From Octopus sinensis (taxonomy: Eukaryota), in NCBI RefSeq assembly GCF_006345805.1, contig NW_021835576.1, positions 1-26,445 of the forward strand: a stretch of 26,445 nt of DNA, read 5' to 3'. The position numbers and the translations under genes are program-made. The notes under the pieces were generated by a model that saw only the letters and a list, made by a program, of their open reading frames with translations, was not told where the DNA came from and did no database searches. Shown here one piece after another: positions 12,138 through 21,686 of this stretch. How positions within the stretch are numbered: the first letter of the stretch is position 1; each line of letters opens with the position of its first letter.

Positions 12138-12223
12138 ACTTTCGACACATGTTTCGAAAATTCCACTGATACCATTCAAAAGGATAAACGGTATAAACAA
12201 TGCAATTTTCTCTTCAGGAAAGT
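12138..12223 (-). ncRNA. Type I hammerhead ribozyme in pseudo-LTR
   Basis: ACUUUC-CUGAAGA-GAAAAUU...AAUUUUC-GAA-ACAUGUGU-C-GAAAGU: perfect 6-bp stem I, full core, stem II, 2-bp stem III with palindromic ACAUGU, GUC cleavage triplet. Confidence 0.85.
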
Positions 12224-13665
12224 GAAAAAACGAAACTCGTCAATACGACATTTTAGCAAAATATGATGGATTTGTATAGCGATTGACTGAACGCTATTAA
12301 TATTATTTAAATCATGTTATATGATATAACGTCAAAAGTAGCTTACAGAAAGGGCAGGGATATCAATAGTGAAGGTTAAATATAAAGGAAATTAAAGTTT
12401 AAATTATATATAATGATAGAGACTACTTATATGCACTAAATGTGTGTTTTTGCCAATGCTTACATTTGTATGCTCGCTCTATAACCGTGTTTACTAGAGT
12501 ACTTATAGAAAAAATAATGAAAACTAGCTCAGAATTGCAGAGAAGAAAGAATTCCTTGCCTTTGTCATAAGGTATCGAGATTGAGAGAATCAACCATTCT
12601 AAATGAAATTGTTCATTGTGGTCTTTTAGTTCCCAAATTAGTTTGCCGAGACCGGTACTATTACGCTTATTTCTATCTCTAAATGTTGAGTAATAGATAG
12701 AAATTCTTTTAGATAACTCTAACGATGTGCTTCCAATGTGTTGGAAAACCGATCCTAACCGTATGTGAATTGATAATAGAGTAATAACTAGAATCTTTTG
12801 GAAAATTCCTAACAATATCTTGACGAAACAGCAGTGGGAGATTAGATTTAATTTGTCTCCCGTACGGAATTATTAACCAAATATTTTTACTAGTATTTAT
12901 AGCGTAATTGTTTTTGAAAGTGTTATATTTACGTTTAGAACGATAATAGGGGATTATATAAGGGTTATAACCCTTCATTCGCTTTGTAGCGGTACATAAG
13001 TTATGATTGTTATCAATAATTCTTTTACGACTAGAAATCTTATCTACATTATTGAATTTACAATTAGACTGAGTAGAATCAATGTAGAAAATTTTCTCTG
13101 TATAACCTGCTTTAATTAAGGCAGAGTTATAGAATTCAGCATTATCATTGAAAATATAAACATTAGCATATAATTTAGATACTCTAAATGATATATTCTT
13201 AACTAAGTTCTTAGTAATTGCCCGAGGATGATTACTAAATTTGCTAATGTATTTAAAATTGGTCAACGGTTTACGATATGGGAAGTAAGAGTCACTGTTT
13301 AAATTAAGCGTAATATCTAAAAAGTTGGCCTTCGTCATATCGTCATGAAAAACGATTTTTAAGCCCATTCTACTGACAAATTTAACTAAACTATTCTTAA
13401 CTTTTCGTACCTTTTGGTTGGAAACATTTTGGAAGTAAAGCAAACACACCTTTAAGTATAAGTAGTCTCTATCATTATATATAATTTAAACTTTAATTTC
13501 CTTTATATTTAACCTTCACTATTAATATCCCTGTTCTTTCTGTAAGCTACTTTTGACGTTATATCATATAACGTTTTTTAAATAATATTAATAGCATTCA
13601 GTTAATTGCTATACAAATCCATCATTCTTTGCTAAAATGTCGTATTGACGAGTTTCCTTTTTTTC

Positions 13666-13751
13666 ACTTCCCTGAAGAGAAAATTGCCTTGTTAATACCG
13701 TGTATCCTTTTGAATGGTATCAGTGGAATTTTCGAAACATGTGTCGAAAGT
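13666..13751 (+). ncRNA. Type I hammerhead ribozyme, second (inverted) copy
   Basis: Same motif; stem I has one mismatch (ACUUCC/GAAAGU); predicted cleavage after C13745. Confidence 0.78.
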
Positions 13752-13863
13752 AAAAATATTTGATTTATACCTGCGTTAAACTTCATTTATTTATTCATAT
13801 ATATATATATATATATATATATAGATAAGAAAGTTGGTTTGTGAAAGCACGTGGTTGAATATA

Positions 13864-14771
13864 TAGAAAATAGTAAAAAGTGAAAAAACTACAGAAGACT
13901 TGTTTTAAAAGGTTAAAGAATATATATTTAAGTCAATATGTCTGAAGAATATTATAATTTTTTTTCCTTACAATGACATAGTTTAGAAGAAAGACCGGTT
14001 TCGCGTTTAGCTTTTCAAATTTCTTACGTCGTTATGTTTATGTTGAGAAGAGTTATCGTTATGTTTATGTAGACCGAACTGTGCAACATGTCCAAACCTG
14101 CTAGAAGGATCAGAATTCCTCTTCAAAGAGGGACAGAAATTCAAGATCAAATCTAATTTTACTTGTGCCTCAAACATAATTTATGTCATAAATGCTCGGG
14201 CTGCCACCAAGACTACGGGATCCACGGGACTATCACTCAGACGTAGATGTACACTGCATCGACAACAGATTGCATTCCCAGATACAGAATGATACCTTTT
14301 AGTGAGCACATTGAGAAATGCGCAAAGCAACTACTACCACATTTTTTAATCTTTCCATTTTACCAATGTGCTATCGGATCATCAACACAAACTAGACTAA
14401 ACAAGGAAACATTCTTCATTGAAAAGTACAAGCCCAGACTTAACCATTCCAACATACTTATACAGAGAAATTCACCCCAAAGGAAAAGAAAAAAAATTAA
14501 GCGATTATCTCCCTTACACCGGAAGAAATCACTTATTACCTCCCCTTATTTAGAACTCTTTTCAACATAAACATAACGATAACTCTTCTCAACATAAACA
14601 TAACGACGTAAGAAATTTGAAAAGCTAAACACGAAACCGGTCTTTCTTCTAAACTATGTCATTGTAAGGAAAACAATTTATAATATTCTTCAGACATATT
14701 GACTTAAATATATATTCTTTAACCTTTTAAAACAAGTCTTCTGTAGTTTTGTCACTTTTTACTATTTTCTA
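13864..14771 (+). mobile_element. Penelope-like element fragment (Cys-rich linker + GIY-YIG, Neptune-like) with inverted pseudo-LTRs
   Basis: 14071-14450 translates with frameshifts as RPNCATCP..FTCASNIIYVI/CSGCHQDY/GST..LRRRCTLHRQQI..HIEKCA..RLNKETFFIEKYKPRLN. 13864-14070 is the reverse complement of 14565-14771 (207 bp). Confidence 0.85.
13987..14025 (-). ncRNA. Putative minimal hammerhead variant (U3-A8 core); inverted copy at 14610-14648 (+)
   Basis: AAGAAA-U-UUGAAAA-GC-UAAAC-GC-GAA-ACCGGU-C-UUUCUU: 6-bp stem I, 2-bp stem II, palindromic ACCGGU stem III, GUC site; core reads UUGAAAA instead of CUGANGA. Confidence 0.5.
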
Positions 14772-15644
14772 ACGGGTAACATTTACTGTTAATTTTCTTA
14801 CACCCATAAATCCCAATTCTCAGGAATTGGCCCTCATATTCCAAGACATTCATACAAAATAGCACACACTTTGGATAGGTAGATAGTGAAGGTAAAGACG
14901 TGTGAAGGAGCATAAAATGAAGTAGTAAGACTTAACATTTTAAAATAACGTTCATGAAACTATAACAACCTTGTTTCACTTACTGTTAAACTCTTTTCAA
15001 CTTACTTTTTGTTTCTTAAACTCAAAATTTTGATTATTTCTTGCCTCTCTTTTTGTAATATTTAGCTCAGAAGAACTCTGTGTGGAAGACTACATGTAAG
15101 TAAGAATCTGCTGATCAATATGTAAGCACATATTCCTTGAAACATAGAATTAAAAATCCCTGTGAATAATGACTTGATGACGAATGAAAAGCATATTAAA
15201 TCGTTGATGATTACGCCTTATATATCAAAATTTGCGTACACTCCCTCCACAATCCATATACAATTCAACCAGACAGAACATATGTCGTACATGCCAAAAT
15301 AACTCCCACACACACCATTCAATGCTCCATTCAAGTCACCTCGAACTTATACAAAATTCAAGTCCGAAACATAAAATCCTCAATCATATTCACCAACGTG
15401 GCAACAACATACCTCACCTTTGGACAGACAATTGTTAGTACATAACCATACACATTCATTCACTAAATTGTTCCCCGCAAGTATCACTCAGTCATATGTA
15501 CCATATCAGTCACAGATTTATATACATGATAACACATCTTTGGAAAGAGGGGTGAGGTTGCTTAAAATGAAGTATTGGAAGACATTACATTTATAGAAAT
15601 ATATCGTCAATGTCATAATAAAAATAAACACTGATTCAACTTAC

Positions 15645-15716
15645 AGATTTGTTAAACTGGACAGATTTCGGAAGGTGTCTGGTTTTATTTCTTTGATATC
15701 ATTATAACTCAAAGAT
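15645..15716 (-). CDS. LRR exon, type B (SLSYNDIKEIKPDTFRNLSSLTNL)
   Basis: Acceptor TTTTATGTTCCAG, donor GTAAGT, 72 nt, phase 2-2; not in ORF track. Confidence 0.92.
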
Positions 15717-16004
15717 CTGGAACATAAAATTCACGTAAGAAAAAATTGTATAGAACATTTTGGCTAAAAAATAAGGATTTCGGAAGTTATGTAAAGTAGA
15801 ACACGATGATAATTAGTTTCATGATGATGATGGTGATGATAATTTTGATAATGCTGCTGTTGATGATGATGATGAGGATAATGATGAAGTGGAAGTGGAG
15901 GAGGATAAAGGTGGCGGTAGAACTTGTGGAACATGTGATGGTCCGAGTAATGAATAAGATGATGAAGCAGAAGAGATGAATATTTGGTTGTAGGTTTGAT
16001 GACG

Positions 16005-16009
16005 ATGTT

Positions 16010-16040
<31 letters not shown>

Positions 16041-16107
16041 TTATAATATTGATAATAATAATAATAATAATAATAATAGTATAACAATAATAATAGTAAT
16101 AATAAAA

Positions 16108-16142
<35 letters not shown>

Positions 16143-16215
16143 TATAATTATAATATTGATAATAATAAAAATAATAATAATAATAGTAATAATAATAATA
16201 ATAGTAATAATAATA

Positions 16216-16251
<36 letters not shown>

Positions 16252-16259
16252 GTTATAAT

Positions 16260-16306
<47 letters not shown>

Positions 16307-16360
16307 GAATAATAATAATAATAATTGTAATAATAATAATAATAACAATAATAATAATAA
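16005..16360. repeat. Interrupted (AAT)n microsatellite, left flank of the Dong element
   Basis: AAT units with AGT/ATT/AAC interruptions. Confidence 0.97.
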
Positions 16361-19300
16361 GGAGAGACACCGGGGACGTTTAAGATGTAAGAAGGAAAAT
16401 ACAGAGCTCCGAAATCTATCCACAAACATCGAAAACAAGGACACCCTATGGAGCCAAAGATTTACTAACAAAGAATTGGACTATATCCGAGTAAGTAATA
16501 CTAATTGAAAATTTATTACTATTTTCGAAACGAAATGATGTATTTTTGACTCGATATTATCTCCACCTCTAACACAACACATGTAAACATGCGTGGAACA
16601 ACACGATCATCCCCGACCTCAAACACCATGTACAAAGGAACTACGAAGAAATTAAATGCCACCGATACTATTCAACCCAAGAATAACAATCGAGCGCGTA
16701 CGTACATTAAACCTACAACAAAAATGTACGAAAAGCTACACGTGCGAAATAATGTGACAACAGAAATAAACGGACCGGTACCCTACGAAAATGACGACCG
16801 TCAAAATAATGGGCCGGGCGTTGTACCTCATGTCCCGCAATTAAAACCCAAAAGACGTAAATGGACACGTGAGGAATACATTTCTATCTTACACGCATAC
16901 TTCACAGCAATGCTCTACCCACAAAATGAAAATACAACAACACATACATATAAAATATGGAAGGAAAATAATAGAGATATAGACTTGGATACAGCAATGA
17001 ACCCTAATAAATTAGCTAACGTACGAAGATACATTCTCAAAGCCAAAAAAATATCAGAAATAGAAATAGAACATTTAAAAGAAAAAATACACCAGGAAAA
17101 TGTAGATAGAAGCCACACAACAATGCCCAATAATATAAACACTGAAACTGTAAAACACGAAGACAAACGCAACATTCCCAACAAACACGATGTAAACAAC
17201 GAAGGGGAGCCTAATGATTATGATAATATAAAAAATAAAATAATCAAAGAACTGAAAACCACAGAGCCCAAAATGGACCACCGACCATACCTCCCAAGAA
17301 TAAAAATAAACGCAATAACAACACCAATTATAAACAACATAAACCTAGCCGTCACTGAACTAGCCACTGAAACAAAAAAAAGTGATATCACTGAACTAAA
17401 TGACTTGATATACGCAGCAGCCACTGCAGCCACAAAAGAAGCTGGATACTACCCAAACCCGCCCAAACAGGAGTACCACCACCCAAACAAACCCTGTGGA
17501 TAAATAACATCCCAACAAAATTTAAAAAATTAGAAAAGACCTGTCGATTCTTAATGAAATCAGCAAACAAGCAACGCTACTAAGCAACAAAAAGAGAACA
17601 AAAATGCTCCGCAAATATAACATCACAGAAAAGATTTGCCGGAGATAAAAGAAAAGCTGAAGCAAGATATCCTTGCCAAAGCTCAAAGGATCCGCCGGTA
17701 CGAGAAACGCCAACGCTTCTTTGAACAGAACAAAAAGTTCAACTCCGACCCCAAAAAGTTCTACCAAGAACTGGGCAAAAATAAAATAGAAGTCACTGCA
17801 GCACCAACGGCAGCAGAATTGGAAGAATTCTGAAAGAAATATGGTCGGCGAACGAACAGCCAAAAAAAAGGAGTATGAAAATAACAAACTCGGCATCTGA
17901 ACAACTTTGGACCCCCATAACAACTGAAGAGGTCACCCAGGCACTGCAAAAACTAAGCAACTGGAAGGCACCTGGGCATGACAAGATCCCCAACTTCTGG
18001 TTGAAATATCTAACAGGAATGCACAAAAAGCTGGCTGAAAACTTTAACAGCATACTAGCAGAGCCAGAGACAATGCCTGAATGGCTCACGAAGGGGAAAA
18101 CCATCTTAATTCCCAAATCAAAGGAAACAACAAAACCAGAAAATTACAGACCAATAACCTGCCTCCCTACTATGTTCAAGGCATTTACTGCAGTGATATC
18201 GCAAAGGCTGAACAAGCACCTGGACGAAAACAAACTGTTCCCAGAAGAGCAGAAAGGATGCCGCAAGGGCTCATATGGCTGTAAAGATCAACTAATGATT
18301 AATAAAGCCGTAACTGAAGACAGCCACAGAAAGAAGAAAGGCCTCAGTATGGCCTGGATTGACTACAAAAAGGCGTTTGATAGCATCCCCCACACATGGA
18401 TCCTCGAAACACTAGCCATTAACAAAGTAGCACCAACAATCATAAAATTCATAGAGCACTCTATGAATAAATGGCAAACAGTCCTACACCTCCAAACAAA
18501 AGAGGGACTCATGAAAACCAAAGACATCCCCATTAGAAGAGGAATATTCCAGGGAGACACGCTCTCTCCACTCCTTTTCTGCTTGGCACTGTCACCTCTA
18601 TCTGATATGCTAAATAGAACTGGATGCGGATATAAATGTTACGGCAAAACGATCAGCCACCTTTTATATATGGATGACCTAAAACTATACGCTGCAAATG
18701 ACAAACAGCTGGAAACACTATTACAGACAGTTCATGGATTTACCAAAGAAATAGATATGAAATTTGGATTAGAAAAATGCGCCAAAGTAACCATGAAAAG
18801 AGGAAAACTAGTTAAGAGTAACAACATCACACTAGATAAAACCAATGAAATAAAAGAATTAGACCAAAGCCAAACTTACAAACACTTAGGAATCCATGAA
18901 CTAGATAAGACACAACACACACAAATGAAAGAGAAAATAAAAAAAGAATATTATAGACGAGTTAGATCAATACTAAAAACAGAGCTCAATGCTAAAAACA
19001 AGATAATAGGTATCAACACTTTAGCTGTCCCAGTTATGAGTTACAGCTACAATATCCTTAACTGGACACGAAATGAACTGTCCAAAATAGATAGGAAAAC
19101 AAGAAAAATACTGACAGGATCTAGGATGCATCACCCAAAATCTGACATAGAAAGACTATATATACAACGTATAGAAGGTGGTAGAGGCCTTATACAGCTG
19201 GAAAACTACTATAAAATAACCACCATAGGACTGCAAAAGTATCTACTTCAGAAGGAAGGAAAACTGATCCAGATAGCAGCAAAACAGAGCAAAACAAAAA

Positions 19301-20320
19301 ACTGTTCTCAGTATTTAAGGAAGCTGACAAATACAAACAAGAAATCACACCACCTAATAAACACAAAGAAGAAGAAGAAGATGATGAAGAAACAACAAAA
19401 GCTATAAAACAAATGAAATCCAAACTAAAAATAGAACAGCAACGAGCCATGATAAAACGATGGCAAGAAAAGCCCCTTCATGGTAAATACTGCACTAAAC
19501 TAAACGCAAAAGAAATAGACAAAGAAAAATCCCAGCAATGGTTGAGAAGCTCAGGACTCAAAGCAGAAACAGGGATTTTTAATTGCAGCACAAGACCAAA
19601 GCCTCCCCACCAGAAATTACCAAAAATATGTAATGAAAAGAAATATTACAAGTAACTGCAGAATATGTGGAGATGGACAAGAAACAATAAATCATATTAT
19701 CTCTAGCTGCCCAGTCCTGGCTAAGAAGGAATATATTCACAGACATGACAGAGTTGGAACCTACATACATTGGAAGCTATGCCAACATTATGGAATAACA
19801 ACAGAAAAAAGATGGTATAGGCACACACCAGAAAAGGTCACAGAAAACGAGAAAGCAACCATACTCTGGGATATGCCGATATACACAGATAGAGGAATTA
19901 AGGCCCACATTCCAGATATAGTTGTCAGAGACCATGAACAAAAAAAATTCTTTCTAATTGATGTATCAATACCGGCAGATGACAACGTGTCACTAAAAGA
20001 AATGGAGAAACTCTCAAAATACAAAGACCTGGAAATAGAGATAACTAGATTGTGGAACCTGAAAACAGAAACAATTCCTATCATAGTAGGTGCATTAGGC
20101 ATGATAAAAACATATTCAGACGAATACATAACAAAAACACCAGGACTTACAAACACATTTAACATACAGAAAATTGCACTACTAGGCACTGCACACATCC
20201 TACGCAGAACACTTTCAATACAATAACCATCAGAGCATCACAACAAATCACAGCACATACCCAAGGCACACAGAGCTGCGCTCGGTAGTGAAGTGAAAGC
20301 ACGCTATAAAAATAAAACTA

Positions 20321-20323
<3 letters not shown>
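16361..20323 (+). mobile_element. Full-length R4/Dong-clade non-LTR retrotransposon inserted in (TAA)n; single ORF broken by about 5-6 lesions
   Basis: ORF pieces 16589-17503, 17636-17833, 17875-19407, 19413-19655, 19633-20226: KRRKWTREE/NKLANVRR N-terminus, GIFQGDTLSPLLF, YMDDLKLY, CRIC..H..C..RHD, IPDIVV..LIDVSIP..EKLSKYKDL; ~100-nt 3' UTR then (AAT)19; 5' end abuts an AAT tract. Confidence 0.95.

Positions 20324-20380
<57 letters not shown>
20324..20380. repeat. Pure (AAT)19, right flank or tail of the Dong element
   Basis: Seen directly. Confidence 0.95.
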
Positions 20381-20381
<1 letters not shown>

Positions 20382-20531
20382 TTTACAGACTCAAAAATCT
20401 GCTATTTCTATCGAAAAAGAGTGATAATATTGAGGAAGGCAAGGTCGGGACGTGATATAAAATGGGAATATTTTAAATGTTTAGTAATATATTGTCAGTG
20501 AAATATTATCAACAAGACTTTTGCAACTTAC

Positions 20532-20603
20532 AGATATGTTAACCTGGTCAGATCATCGAATGTCCCTGATTCAATTTTGTCGATATTATTTCCATTCAAA
20601 TAT
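20532..20603 (-). CDS. LRR exon (YLNGNNIDKIESGTFDDLTRLTYL)
   Basis: Acceptor TTTTATGTTACAG, donor GTAAGT, 72 nt, phase 2-2, LRR consensus. Confidence 0.92.
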
Positions 20604-21686
20604 CTGTAACATAAAAGTTTGGCTGATAAGGTAACGTAGGGATGAGTATTATTGTAAAATATTATTATCCACGAAATGTCTGTAAAATAAAATTTTAAAT
20701 GTTTAGAAAATGTATAGATGTGTTTTACGATTGAATGTAAAATATTTTTGTTGAACAATTACTATTTTGTGGAGCAGGAAACTAGAATGGAGATGATGTT
20801 CATCTTAAGAATGACAGGAGGAAGAAGCGGAGGAGAAGAGTGGTGGTGGAGATGTTCATGGTGGTATGGGTAAATCTAAGGAAAAGGTAGTGTAAAGGAG
20901 GATGGTGATAGTGTTGATAAAGATAATATTGTCTCTTATGAAGGATGTAAAATCCGTGACAATGATACTGATGACGGTAATTATGATGGTGGTGATGATT
21001 ACGATGATTAGGAAGATCTGGAATACGACTGTGAAGCTGGTGTTGTTTCTAAAGTGGATGGCAAGGAATATGTTGATGACGATAAACTTCAGGGCTTTTA
21101 AGTTACTGAAGGTGATTATGATGATGGTAATGTTTATGATGATGATGATGAGACGATGCGATTGTCGATGAAATAGAAAAGAAAAGAAGGAAATTGCAAA
21201 ACCGTATTGCGAAATAAATTTGAAATGTTGAACTGAAAGATGATTGTAGTTTGTAAGAAAATGATGAAGGAGGAGGAGAATAAAAAGAAAAGGAAAAGGA
21301 ATCAAAATGAGTAGAACAAGAAGAATAAGATTACAATAATGAAGAAGCAGGAAAAGTCTTGGAGAATTGAAAGACGTGAAAGTAAAATGAAATAAAGGAA
21401 AAGCTTGAAATTAAAAGGCGATTAATAAATAGAAAAAATATAATATTAATGATGGTGATGATAATAATAATAATAATAATGATAATAATATTAATGATAA
21501 TAATAATAATAAAAATGAGAAGAAGAAGTAGAAGAAGAAGAAAAAGAAGAAGAAAAAAAGCATTAATAGTAGTAGTAGTAGTAGGAGGAGGAGGAGGAGG
21601 AGGAGGATGAGGAGAAGGAGCAGGGGAAAGAAAAGATGGGGGAGAAGAGAAGAAGGTGAATACGGAAAGAAGGCAATGCTTTACAT

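Larger units (their letters stand above)
12087..13802 (-). mobile_element. Penelope-like element (Naiad-like), 5'-truncated, with inverted pseudo-LTRs
   Basis: Minus-strand RT thumb (ANFLDITLNL, PYRKP, SNHP, YNSALIKAGY) and GIY-YIG C-terminus (STGLGKLIWELKD..LEWLIL..LLCNSE..CKH), internally deleted. 12087-12431 is the reverse complement of 13457-13802 (~345 bp). Confidence 0.85.

Noticed and set aside
12423-13449. Selenocysteine recoding, reported for some Naiad elements
   Set aside because: The internal stop at 12709-12711 is TAA, not TGA, and the region is internally deleted.
11917-15460. Alternative model MNVYGYVLTIVCPK | 15077-15006 | 11960-11917 joined in phase 0 as a new gene start
   Set aside because: The phases fit, but the putative first exon lies in sequence homologous to ordinary B-type intron, the signal peptide is poor and the AAG acceptor is weak.
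16361-16450. HDV-like ribozyme at the Dong 5' end, as known for some R2/R4 elements
   Set aside because: Only a 4-bp GGAG/CTCC pairing was found by eye and no nested double pseudoknot; a descriptor search is needed.
20885-21175. Asp/Gly-rich reading on + resembling an acidic biomineral protein
   Set aside because: It has internal stops, no splice signals and GAT periodicity; best explained as a decayed (GAT)n tract.
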